Source: Piedraia hortae CBS 480.64
Taxonomy: Eukaryota
Direction of reading: 5' to 3'
DNA length: 64,000 nucleotides
NCBI GenBank assembly: GCA_010093745.1
Contig: MU005992.1
Span: forward strand, 62,001-126,000
The notes under the pieces were generated by a model that did not search any database, was not told the origin of the DNA, and saw nothing but the letters and a program-made list of their open reading frames with translations. Shown piece by piece: positions 22,856-33,684 of this stretch; the first letter of the stretch is position 1; each line of letters starts with the position of its first letter. Both the position numbers and the translations under genes were made by a program.

Positions 22856-23585
22856 CTACTTGAACCTCTTCTCGGCCGCCTTCCAGTTGATGACATTCCA
22901 GATGTTCTTGAAGTACTCGGCCTTCTTGTTGTTGTACTGCAGGTAGTAGGCGTGCTCCCAAGCGTCAATTCCCAGCAACGGACGAAACTGTCCAACGACA
23001 GCGTCCTGGTTGGCATAAGTGCGGATGCTTAAGGCTCCCGTCTGGGTATCTTGCACCAACCACGCCCAGCCGCTGCCTTGAATGCCAGCAAGGGCCGTAT
23101 TCATCTTCTCCTTCAACGTGTCCACGCTGCCCCAGGTCTCGTTGATGGCCTTCGAAAGGGAACCGCTAGGGGGCTCGCCTCCGCCCTGAGACGTCGGAGC
23201 CAGATTCTCCCAGAAGAGAGAGTGGTTCACGTGGCCACCGCCGTTGAAGTTGATGGCCGCCTGGGTGGCAATCTGGGTTGCGATGTCTCCTTGAGCAAGG
23301 GCCTCGGACATCTTGTCCTGGGCAGCGTTGTAGTTTGTCACATAAGTCTTGTGATGAGCGTTGTGATGCAGTTCCATGATCTTGCCGCTAATGGCAGGCT
23401 CAAGTGCGCCATAGTCATCTGTCAAACAGTCTGTCAGTCATTATCATGACTCGGCTGTGGTTATCCTTACAGGCCAAGTCGGGAAGCGTTGCCTTGCCAC
23501 GGGTAAACGCAGCGCCGGCGAGGCCGGATCGCTTGACGGCGAACGCATTGCGCAAGAGGCTGTTCCGGGCGACGTTGAGAGCCAT
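22856..23585 (-). CDS. SOD2: Mitochondrial Mn superoxide dismutase, intron 23419-23470
   Basis: Presequence MALNVARNSLLRNAF...RGKATLPDLAY|DYGALEP, ELHHNAHH, NGGGHVNHSLFW, QGSGW, DAWEHAYY. Confidence 0.96.
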
Positions 23586-23792
23586 TGTTGGAGGGAGAAA
23601 TCGTATCGGCTGGAAGCTCTATGGAATGACATCAGTGCCGGCTTCCGCGGAACATTCCGTCACCGGGGTGATGGCTGTCAACAGAATGTGTTTACAAATC
23701 GTAACCCCCATCCGTCGACAGGATGTATTTACAGACCATGATATCATCTCCCTCAACACACAACAATCATCTGAACGTTACACTGGCTATCA

Positions 23793-25685
23793 TTACTGAA
23801 CGAACAAGCTCTCATCTTGACTGCCATATGCGTTGATGATCTCCATGAACCGTCTCGACTCTTGCGAGTAGTTTACGGGATTGGCATACTGTACTTGGTG
23901 TCTTACCCTGGTGAATGTTAGCCTGACCATTTGTCAACTATGTAAGCCATACCTTTGTTGTTCCTGGAAAGTGTCCATCTTTGCTCGACACCGGAAAACA
24001 AATGTCTTGAGAACAGCATCTGAGAAGGCACCTGTCAAGGGTTTTTCGTCACCCTCCTCCTTCCACTGCATCAGATTGTCTGCCGGCATGCCCATGATTA
24101 GCTGGGCTGCTTCGTCAAAGCAGCTCAGCCAGAGCTGGCCGGTGTGGTCTGCAACGTTTGCAGACATGATATATCTGTACTTTGGGCGCGGCCAGGACTT
24201 GTCGCACTTTTCACAGCGCCACTGACCCTCGTCCATCTCGACCACTTTCTTGTTGCAGCCCTCAGTCTGACAGGCAGCGTAAGCAAAATTGTCTTTTTTG
24301 AGAAAGACAATGGTCGCCTTTAAGGTGTACCAGTCCGTTTCGGTGGACATGCCAAGCCCCTCGTCGTTTATCTGGGCAATGGTCTTATATGGTTTGCTAG
24401 AACCGCCTCCAGTGGCCGCAGCCGTGTTCACATGGGTCTGGAACTGCTCGCCGCGGCCGGCGCCGTCATACCAACCTTTGAGCTTGTGGGCCTCGTCTAT
24501 GTCTGGATCCACGGCCATGGAGCCCGAAGAGAGAAGCGACAGAGAGCGGCCACCAAAGTCGGATACTTTGACGCCCTTGAACGCAAGCACCGACTCCGGC
24601 GCTGCGTCAAACGTCTCTGCCGATTTGCCCCAGATGGTCAACCGCACCTGGAAGCCCGTGTCGTCCACGAGAGTGAGTTCACGTTTGCTGTAAGGCTTCC
24701 CCGAAGTTTTGGCTACGATTTCAGACACGTCTCCTACATTGGACAAGATGCCAATGCAGTCAATGACGGCTTCTTTTTCTACGTTCTGGAGGTCCGCCAA
24801 GCCCGTAAACTTGTAACGCATCTGTGGAACGCCTTCATCTTCGGCCTTTTCAATAACCGTGTCCCGTTCAAAGGTCAGTTCATAGTCGTGGTTCAAGTTG
24901 CTGAATTGCTTCTTGGCAAGGACTACTTTGCACGGGGCGCTGATGTAGTACACGCTGCCCTCTTGCAGGTACTCGTACCATTGGTCAACGGATTCGTTGA
25001 AGCCCGTAGCGCGAATCTCGCCGCTGTCGTCAAGGAAATTGGTGCTAAACAGCTTCCCCTCGCCGTTTTTGTTGTGCCAAGTCTTGATATCGCCTTTCTT
25101 GGTGCACCGCGCTTTGATCGTCCAACGGTGGGCATAGGGAGACAGGGCCTCAATCCACTGGATATTGCCGTGCGAATTTGCTGCAGCCGGAGCAGTCGTA
25201 CGCGTAGGAAGGTCCCTATGCTGCTGCGGCTGCTGCTGTTGGGGCTTCGTCGTTCCGTACATTCCATTTCCTGAAATGTTCCCTGGCTGAGCACCACCGT
25301 TGGTGGAAGCGTCTTCTCTTGATATCCCATCCAGAGTTACAGGGGCTCCTATCTTGTCAGGCTCTCCAAACTGTTTCAAGATTTCCAGGTCCAAAATGAC
25401 CAGGACGAATTTATCTTTGATCTGATTGACTGTGTATTCCATCAGGCGGATGATTGTTCCCCTTTTCAAATCGCCTGCAACGGCAATGGGGCTGAGCTGC
25501 TGCGCGAGCATGCTCTGGATGAAATTGGTGCTGTCATTTAGCACAACACGGAAACGCTCGTTGCCCGGCTGGCTGTTCGCCATGGGCTTTAGCTGAAGCA
25601 CCTGCAGCACAGGGTTCTGAACCTGCTCTCCCTTTACTATGCGAGAAAGCGATCCAACGCTGAGATGGCTCGTTGCGTCCGCCAT
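23793..25685 (-). CDS. RFA1: Replication protein A large subunit, intron 23908-23952
   Basis: OB folds: LSPYAHRWTIKAR, GEGKLFS, DDSGEIRAT, SDFGGRSLS, Zn ribbon C..C..C..C. The last exon RVRHQVQYANPVNYSQES... ends at TAA 23793. Confidence 0.95.
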
Positions 25686-25701
25686 GTTCGTCGAAACTTT
25701 G

Positions 25702-25749
25702 TCGCGTCTGGTATATGCGCTCGCGTCGTTCGCGTAGTAGTCACGTGAC
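25702..25749. promoter_or_regulatory. MCB-like ACGCGA x3 plus palindromic E-box GTCACGTGAC in the RFA1/QCR6 divergent promoter
   Basis: TCGCGT at 25702, 25721 and 25730; GTCACGTGAC at 25740-25749. Confidence 0.55.
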
Positions 25750-25822
25750 AGCGGCCGCTCCCGTCGGAGTTCGGGGGTGCCCGACGAATGTTCTTCCGCC
25801 GTTTCATTCGAGCAGATACACC

Positions 25823-26335
25823 ATGACCTGGTACGATTACCTCTCAGATATTGGAAGCGCCCTGCTCCCCTCCGTCTCCCTTGCCGAGGCTCCGGCCAAG
25901 GAGAATAAGGAGGACAAGGAAGACGAGGGCGATGATGAGAAGGCAGATGAGGGTGGTGACGACAAGGAAGAAGAGGTGGAGGAGGAAGAGGAAGAAGAAG
26001 AGGAGGAGGAGGAGGAGGAGCCTGTGGACCCGATGCCAAAGCTACAAGAAGGTGCGCATCTTGGCTTGCCGTAAGCTGTTGAAGCTAACATTAGACGCAG
26101 ATTGTATGAAAACCAAACAGTGCGCGCCTCTCAAGCACCACTACGATGAGTGCGCCCTGCGCGTGCAGAAGCAGGAAGAGGCCAACGATGGCAAGGCCGA
26201 TGAGGATTGCGTTGAAGAGTGTATGTTGCTCTTATGCCCATCGAGGGGATTTACTGACGAAATTTTCCAGTCTTCCACATCATGCATTGCGCCAATCAAT
26301 GTGCGGCCCCAAAGCTTTTTAGGCAGCTCCGGTAA
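25823..26335 (+). CDS. QCR6: Cytochrome bc1 hinge protein (subunit 6), introns 26052-26100 and 26221-26270
   Basis: Highly acidic N-terminus, VDPMPKLQE|DCMKTKQCAPLKHHYDECALRV...EDCVEE|FFHIMHCANQCAAPKLFRQLR*. Confidence 0.94.
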
Positions 26336-26458
26336 TGGCCAGCAATCTCAGTGTAAGACAGTTAACATGTAGTCGGTCAATGCGCCCGTTGTAAGCAGCT
26401 AACATGTTGTCAATGGCTGCTTATTTATCCAGTTTTTTGAAAGACTCCAACGCTGCAT

Positions 26459-27526
26459 TTACTCATCACGCTCATCGTCGGTTCTGCCTCCCTCAAGAGC
26501 CTCCCAAGCTCGACCGAACACTTCTCCCCGCCAGCCCCAGGCCACGCAATAATGACTGGCCAGTAATTTCCATTCCTCTACTTCGTCCAGCCATTCTAGT
26601 TTCTCCAATCTGGCTCGCTCATCAGGACTGACCCATGCATCGTCTTGGTACATATGGAGTACATCCCTAGCCCCTTGTCCGTCTATGAAACCGGACAACC
26701 GTAGCCGCTGCCGCTGAGCTTCCAGAGTGCCGTAGCGTTTGAGCGTTTGCAAGTGTATTTTACGTGAGCCAAGATTCGAGACCATTGTTTTCCCAAAGGC
26801 ATCAAACGGCCTAATGGGCTCGTACAGTATCAGCGAACACGGCCCTTGGAGCGTGGTAGTGAAATATTTTAGCACGCCCATCGCGGAATCGGGGTCAACA
26901 TAACACAAACAGCATTCACTCAGAAGTAGCGTTGGCGCATTGATGGATATATCTGGTAGGTTTGGTGGCTCATCTCCAGCCAACTGCCGTAAATCCAGTG
27001 CGTGTAAATGGTAGTTCCACCCTCCTTCCCTCGCTTTAACAAGAACGCTCGATAGCACAGACGATTGCTGGATAGCAGAACGTTTTCGAGACACGTTGGG
27101 TTCAAAATCAAACTCGTAATAGTCAACTTGTTCCTGATGATTTGATTCTTTCCAAAGCCTCCAGAACCGCGTGTCTGATCCCGCCCCGAGCGAGATGATT
27201 TGTTTTCGTTGTCCATCGTGGGTGGTTCGAAGAAACGATTTAGCCAATTGATCAATCGCTGTGGTCCTCACATAAGTACCTCTGTTGATGATAGGATATC
27301 TCCTTTGTGGTTCATCTCCAGGAGCTGAAAACTCTTTGGCGAATTTATCATCAAGATATCCCAGAGCCACCGCACTTATCCGCGAGTTACTGGCATCACA
27401 GTCTGTCTGTTGAATGATAGAATCTGGATCAATTACATCCCCTTCATTTCTTCCACCTTGACCTCGTAATCTCGTTCTTCTTCTGCTTCCCGCGCCAAGG
27501 GTACTGAGGTGAGGTATTGTGGACAT
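26459..27526 (-). CDS. PPM1: Leucine carboxyl methyltransferase 1 (PP2A methyltransferase)
   Basis: IQQTDCDA..SRISAVALGYLDD, PIINRGTYVR, QIISLGAGSDTR, LSECCLCY, DAFGKTMVSNL, LDEVEEWKLLASHYC. Confidence 0.93.
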   Translation of the reverse strand: MSTIPHLSTLGAGSRRRTRLRGQGGRNEGDVIDPDSIIQQTDCDASNSRISAVALGYLDDKFAKEFSAPGDEPQRRYPIINRGTYVRTTAIDQLAKSFLRTTHDGQRKQIISLGAGSDTRFWRLWKESNHQEQVDYYEFDFEPNVSRKRSAIQQSSVLSSVLVKAREGGWNYHLHALDLRQLAGDEPPNLPDISINAPTLLLSECCLCYVDPDSAMGVLKYFTTTLQGPCSLILYEPIRPFDAFGKTMVSNLGSRKIHLQTLKRYGTLEAQRQRLRLSGFIDGQGARDVLHMYQDDAWVSPDERARLEKLEWLDEVEEWKLLASHYCVAWGWRGEVFGRAWEALEGGRTDDERDE

Positions 27527-27710
27527 GTTGGGATTGCAAATGGTTGAACTCTACCTCCGTCTATTTAGCCTCCACTCCAGCGCCCATGTCGTCGTTCCCA
27601 TCTCTTCGGACGTTAAGTTAACATCATGTGACATCACGTGAGCAATATAACAGCGAAATCCGGGGAAAGTCACAAACGTCACCAGAAAAACCCTTGTCCC
27701 GGTCACTGTC

Positions 27711-28446
27711 ATGGCGGAAGGGCAGAACCGTGAAGTGGTTCGCCTATGGCGCGTCTTGCGCACGACAAAGCAAATGTGCGCTGATCGCGTAAGTTTCTTC
27801 CCGATGAGGAAGCAGTCACGCGCCCCCTAACGGCGATGCGCAGGGCTACAAACTCCCCGAAGACGAATGCAATATCACCCTAGCAGATTTCACCCGCCTC
27901 TACACGAACGATGGCGCCGTCCTTCGCGAAAGCATGTGTTTCTCCGCGGATCCCACTCCGGATATGATTGAAAAATACACGCCAATTGCCCGCGCCGGCC
28001 AACCGAAGCCCGAAGCGGCAATCGGACGCATCTATATCCAGTTCAACAACGATGCCAACGTCGGCACAAAGCAGCTCAAAAACTTTGCTCAACTCCTAAA
28101 CGAGCGCAACTACCAAGGCGGCATTTTCATATCGGCCGCAAAGCCCACGCGCTCCGCCGCCAAGCTCATCCCCAGCGTCCTGCCTACCGTTCTGGAAATG
28201 TTCCAGGAAGAAGATCTTCTCGTTAATATTTCCCGTCACGAGCTCGTACCGAAACATACACTCCTCAGTCCACAGGATAAGAAGCGTCTTCTGGATAGGT
28301 ACAGGTTGAAGGAGACTCAGCTCCCGCGGATCAACCACGACGATCCCATGGCTAGATACCTCGGCCTCAGGCGCGGGCAGGTTGTTAAGATTATAAGGAA
28401 GTCGGAGACGGCGGGACGATACGCCAGTTATAGGTGGACTATTTGA
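27711..28446 (+). CDS. RPB5: RNA polymerases I/II/III shared subunit, intron 27789-27843
   Basis: RLWRVLRTTKQMCADR|GY..., LLVNISRHELVPKH, LKETQLPRI, DPMARYLGLRRGQVVKIIRKSETAGRYASYR. Confidence 0.96.
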
Positions 28447-29054
28447 ATGGCGGTGTGGGAGTAGAAATAAAAAGAGTTGGCGGTTTTATGTTCTGAAAAA
28501 GCGTGGAGTTGGTGCTGTAATGATAAAATGCCTTTTCTTCTTGACTTCCTCGCATGAATTTGCGATTATCGAACCTGCAAGACGTGTCTCCTGCGGAGCT
28601 TGAAATTTGAGTGGAAATATTTAAACCACTCTTTCAGAATCCGCACGAGATTGACAGATGAAGGTATATGATATGCTAAGAACGTGCGTGATATTAGAGT
28701 TCGAGGTAGTCGTCGAAAGTTTGCTTGCAGTGGGCAAGATTTTGATTCCACGCTTGCCAGGTACTCGTTCCGTAAGAAGGCAATCAGAGAAGAGACGGGC
28801 CTACTATATGGAATTAAGACGAAACTGAACTGCTTCTAGGACTTTAAGGACCAATTGGTTAAAAGTACATTTGTCCCCATGCTGAAATACCCCGATCCTG
28901 AGATCCTTAGGAGATTCCGTTCCGGTGGAGTGGTTTCTTGGTCCCCTGCCCGAGGTCGCCCGATTCCCATATCAATTACACCCTAACACACCTACCGAAA
29001 AAAACCCATAGAAGAAACCCATCCCCCAATCACCCTCACAAAATAAAAAAATCC

Positions 29055-29415
29055 CTAAAACAAACAATCAAGGCAACAACAACACGCCATCGCACCCATT
29101 ATGCCAGCCATGATCCCTCCACTCCCACTCCCATGTTGCTGCTGTGGTGGGTACTGCTGCTGATACATTGGCATTTGCTGCTGACCGTAACCCTGCTGGG
29201 GATATCCACCCTGCGCAGGGTACCCCGGCTGTCCACCATACTGCGGCTGGCCGTAGGGAGACTGGCCATACGCGCCCTGCGGTTGCTGGCCATAGTAGCC
29301 CTGCGCTGCCCCGGCGGCGGGCATGGGCTGGGAGGGGTAGTATGGTGGAGGGGCATCCTGATTTGGTTAGTTGGACTTCTTAGGGGAGGGGGGAACGGAC
29401 GGGTTTGGATGTCAT
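29055..29415 (-). CDS. CYSTM-type tail-anchored protein (105 aa), intron 29358-29400
   Basis: MTSKP|DAPPPYYPSQP...G/Y/Q/P-rich...GIMAGIMGAMACCCCLDCLF*. The intron reads gtccgt..ctaac..cag. Confidence 0.88.
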
Positions 29416-30761
29416 TTTCGGTGAGGGTTGGACGGGTGGTTTGGTAGAGGTTGTGGTTGTTGGAGGAAGCGTTGTGGATAAGTGGGTTCGTGCCTGGCAG
29501 GTTGAACGCATGGCGATCGTGGCAGTGCAGAACCCTAAGCGCTAGGCTGATGGCTTGTGGTTAGGGTTTCGGAGGCCCGAGGATGGGGGAGGGTTGGATG
29601 ATGGGGAGGGTTTGAACTTTGGGGGTTTTGAGAGGGACGGGATGTTAAGAAAGTTGTTGCGTTCTGGTGTCATGGTTTGAGCGGTGCCATGTTTGGGCTG
29701 TGTAGGTGTTAGGAATATTATTGGAGCAACGAATATGCATTTCACCATTCCAATTCGAAGTTCAATCACTGCAGGTTTGACGAAGAGAGTCAAAAGTCAT
29801 GTTTAACGCAGAGTGACAACCTGTCATGAACATGCCAACGCTGTCAAGACCGAAACCTCCACGCCCCAACTGTGTTCCTACCGTCCACCACATTAGCAGC
29901 AACAGCATGATCGACAACGGCTTTGCAACAAAACCTATTCGAGCAAAAGAATAACGAAATCGGACTCTTGAGGGTCTCCTAGCAAAATGCGCCGGTGATC
30001 CCTCCCGAAGCCTCGGGTCTACATACACTTTCCGCGGGGAAAGTTGAGGCAAAGATCATCCATCTTGGCAGCACCATTCAACACAGCATTGGAAGTGAAG
30101 CAATGATTTCTCTGCAACCCAGTTTCTGGGACTGGAGGAATGAGTAGACCTCTTGGGTCCCAGCAAATGGAGCAGCCGAATGGGTGAGGGGCTTTACGCA
30201 ACGATCCGCAGCTGAAGCTTGGAGTAACCCCCCTGTTGATAAATCTGGAGCAGACACAGACTGTTCTATCGTCATGGTCACCACGCTACCCTACCTGCTA
30301 GGTTGCTATCGCTGGATCACTGGGCTCCGTACCTCTGGCGCTATCGTCTCGTTACTAGCGGTGAGGTCGGACGAGGGATTCTTAAGCTCATGCGGGGGCC
30401 CTTGGGTTGGACATTTGATTGAAATTATGGTCGCATTTTGGCATCTGCGAGGCAGAGCTGGGCTTCCATTTTAGGTGCCGCTTTGTTGCTGGGACGTAGG
30501 ATAGCAGATTAGGGCGAGGCTGTTGGTTGCCAGAGAAGGGTTTGCTGTTCTGGAAAGTACCGACTTAGGGACAGAGTCGATTGAAATTGCCGATTTTATA
30601 CATATTTTGGGAGAGGGAAGAAATATACTTGGGTGAATCTCCATATCGAGAAATGAAGTGATTGTTCTGGGTGCAACGCTGTTCTGTGCGGGTGACGGAC
30701 AACCTCGGCGCGATATACAAAATCCAAACCTTAGCCTTCCAACCACCACACAGCCCTAGAA

Positions 30762-31871
30762 ATGACTGCCGCCACGGACAAGTTGCCCTCGGCCGAGGTG
30801 GTCAAGGAGGAGGCGACCGTGGCGGCCAAGAAGTCGCTACAGAGCCTGAGAGATCTCGTTGCTGGTGGCGTTGGCGGAGTTTGCGCTGTGATCGTCGGTC
30901 ATCCCTTTGACCTCGTCAAGGTCAGGTTGCAAACGGCCGAGAAAGGTGTCTATACCGGGGCAATGGATGTCGTGAGGAAAACCGTCGCCAGGGAGGGCCT
31001 TGTTCGGGCAAGTTATCTCCGTCAATGTGGAGGAGGTGGGAGCTAACGGAAAAAGGGACTCTATGCCGGCGTTTCTGCGCCTTTGGTGGGAGTTACCCCC
31101 ATGTGTAAGTTGGAAATTTACCCGTAGCAAGGGGTAGTAGTTGGCTGACGTTTTTACAGTTGCTGTGAGCTTCTGGGTTGGTATCAATCAACAGGAAAAG
31201 GAGAGCTATTTAACATTTTATAGGGTTACGGGGTGGGAAAGCAGCTGGTGGAGTCGATGAGCAAGGCCGAAGATGGCCAGTTCACCGTAGGCCAGGTGTC
31301 AGCAGCGGGCTTCTTCTCCGCCATTCCCATGACCCTCATCACCGCCCCCTTTGAGCGTGTTAAGATTATCCTGCAGATACAGGGTCAGAAGCAGCTTGCA
31401 CCCGGGGAGAAGCCCAAGTATACTGGCGGCGTTGATGTTGTACGCCAACTCATGAAAGAAGGCGGCATACGCTCCGTCTACCGCGGCTCACTCATGACTC
31501 TGGCCCGCGATGGACCCGGTTCAGCAGCCTACTTTGCCACCTACGAGATCATGAAGCGGCGCCTGACCCCAAAGGATGAGACTGGAAAGCCGGGTCAGCT
31601 GAGCCTACCTGCTGTTATGGCGGCCGGCGCTGCAGCCGGAGTGGCAATGTGGATCCCTGTCTTTCCAGTTGACACGGTCAAGAGTCGTTTGCAGTCGTCC
31701 GAAGGCAATGTCAGCATCATGGGATCCATTCGACAGCTCTATAGCAAGGGCGGTTTCAAGGCCTTCTTCCCCGGCATGGGCCCCGCCATGGCCAGAGCCG
31801 TTCCTGCCAACGCGGCCACATTCTTAGGCGTGGAGCTAGCTCACGCGGCCATGAACAAGACGTTTGGGTAG
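30762..31871 (+). CDS. CRC1: Mitochondrial carnitine/acylcarnitine carrier, introns 31008-31055 (GC-AG), 31105-31159, 31177-31223
   Basis: Three Px[DE]xxKxR repeats (GHPFDLVKVRLQT, APFERVKIILQ, FPVDTVKSRLQ), GVTPMFAVSFWGY, ARDGPGSAAYF, RAVPANAATF. Confidence 0.93.
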
Positions 31872-31964
31872 ACGTCACATGTTACGATAAAGAAACGTTA
31901 TCAGCGGTACGGGCCGATCCTATAGACACACCACAGGGTAGAAATTCGGTTTAGACAGTCAAAC

Positions 31965-33638
31965 ATGGCAGACGTAAAAGTGTACATTGACAGCGCCTCC
32001 GGGTCAGACAATGCGTCAGGCTCCGAGACAAGCCCGTATAAAACATTGCAGGCTGCATACGGACGGCACGGCAAAGATGCCGCTTACCTCGTCAAGAACG
32101 AAGATGGGGAATGGAAGGAAGCGGCCAAGTCGGCCTTGAAGAAAGCAGCCAACATGGTAGAAATCCAAAAGAAGAAAGCCGCCAACGAGCATGAACTCCA
32201 GCTGCGGCAGCAAAAGGAAGCCGAGGAACGCAACAAAGTCCTCGAAGATGCCAAAAAGGTCGTCTTGACCGAAGACAGCAGCCTGCCACGAGCAAAGCGG
32301 ATCAGCCTCAATGAAAAGCGACCGGAAGTTGTCCAGCTCGGCTCGGCTGACAAGCCGGGAACGCGTGTCAAGGTCTACGGACGCGTGCACCGTTTGCGTA
32401 AACAGAAAGGCCACCTGTTCGTCACCCTGCGCGATGGACGCGGGTTCCTCCAATGCGTCTTGTCCGGGAAGCTGATCACGACATATGCCGCCATGACTTT
32501 GACGAGAGAAAGCAGCATGATGCTGGTTGGCACCATGCAGAGCGTGGAGGAAGGACACGTGGCCCCCGACCAGAGGGAGCTGCATGTAGACTACTACGAG
32601 GTCCTTGGCGCCGCTCCTGGAGGAGATGACGCAATAACGAACAAGGTCCAGGCAAAGGGCGATGTGCAGACGCTTCTGGACCAGCGACATCTCGTCCTAC
32701 GAGGTGAAACCGCGTCGGGTGTGCTCACCATGCGCGGAGCCATTGACAAGGCATTCCGAGACCAGTATGAGGAAATGGACATCAAGTCTGTCTCGCCACC
32801 GGCCCTGGTACAAACGATGGTCGAGGGCGGAGCAACGCTGTTTGGCCTCAACTACTACGAACAAACCTCATACCTTACGCAATCCTCGCAGCTGTACCTC
32901 GAAACCTGCCTTCCCTCCATAGGCGACTGTTACTGTATAGAAAAATCTTTTCGCGCTGAAAAGTCTCTGACGCGGAGACATCTATCAGAGTACACGCACA
33001 TTGAGGGCGAGTTGGACTTTATTACTTTTGACGATTTGCTGAAACACATCGAAACCCTTATTTGCGCCGTTGTCGACCGTGTAATGGCAAAGCCGCACCT
33101 CGCAGCCATCATAAAGGAACTCAACCCGCAGTTTGTGAAGCCTACGAAGCCGTTCAAGAGGATGAAGTACGAGGATGCGATCAAGTATCTTCAAGAAAAG
33201 GAAATCCCCAACGAGGAGGGCGAACAACATACCTTTGGAGACGACATCGCCGAGGCCGCTGAACGTCGCATGACGGACGACTTGAACGTGCCCATCTTCC
33301 TGACACATTTCCCCGCAGAGTTGAAGGCGTTTTACATGTCGCGTGACCCCGACGATCCGAGGGTTACCCTGTCTGTCGATTGTCTCATGCCCGGTGTGGG
33401 CGAGATTGTTGGCGGAAGTATGCGCATGGATGACTTGGACGAGTTGCTTGCGGCGTACAAGAAGGTCGGAATCGATCCGAGTGCTTATTACTGGTACACT
33501 GACCAGCGCAAGTACGGCACTTCGCCGCATGGGGGCTACGGATTGGGACTTGAGAGATTCATCGCCTGGCTCTTGGGTCTGTACACCGTGCGTGATGCGT
33601 GCTTGTACCCGCGGTTCATGGGCAGATGTAGGCCATAG
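31965..33638 (+). CDS. DED81: Cytosolic asparaginyl-tRNA synthetase
   Basis: OB anticodon domain, VEGGATLF, YLTQSSQLYLE, SFRAEKSLTRRHLSEYTH, GEIVGGSMR, PHGGYGLGLERF. Confidence 0.96.
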   Translation: MADVKVYIDSASGSDNASGSETSPYKTLQAAYGRHGKDAAYLVKNEDGEWKEAAKSALKKAANMVEIQKKKAANEHELQLRQQKEAEERNKVLEDAKKVVLTEDSSLPRAKRISLNEKRPEVVQLGSADKPGTRVKVYGRVHRLRKQKGHLFVTLRDGRGFLQCVLSGKLITTYAAMTLTRESSMMLVGTMQSVEEGHVAPDQRELHVDYYEVLGAAPGGDDAITNKVQAKGDVQTLLDQRHLVLRGETASGVLTMRGAIDKAFRDQYEEMDIKSVSPPALVQTMVEGGATLFGLNYYEQTSYLTQSSQLYLETCLPSIGDCYCIEKSFRAEKSLTRRHLSEYTHIEGELDFITFDDLLKHIETLICAVVDRVMAKPHLAAIIKELNPQFVKPTKPFKRMKYEDAIKYLQEKEIPNEEGEQHTFGDDIAEAAERRMTDDLNVPIFLTHFPAELKAFYMSRDPDDPRVTLSVDCLMPGVGEIVGGSMRMDDLDELLAAYKKVGIDPSAYYWYTDQRKYGTSPHGGYGLGLERFIAWLLGLYTVRDACLYPRFMGRCRP

Positions 33639-33684
33639 ATGAAAACTGTTGAACGGAACATTACAAGTAATTGAACAGAAAAAA

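Noticed and set aside
22083..22946. 287-aa hydrophobic plus-strand ORF
   Set aside because: Antisense shadow of the K/E-rich DBP3 N-terminus.
25960..26020. GAG/GAA trinucleotide repeat
   Set aside because: Encodes the normal poly-Glu tract of QCR6.
25686..26039. Pro-rich N-terminal extension of RFA1 in the 701-aa ORF
   Set aside because: It is the antisense of the acidic GAG/GAA-rich QCR6 exon; RFA1 homology starts at MADAT (25685).
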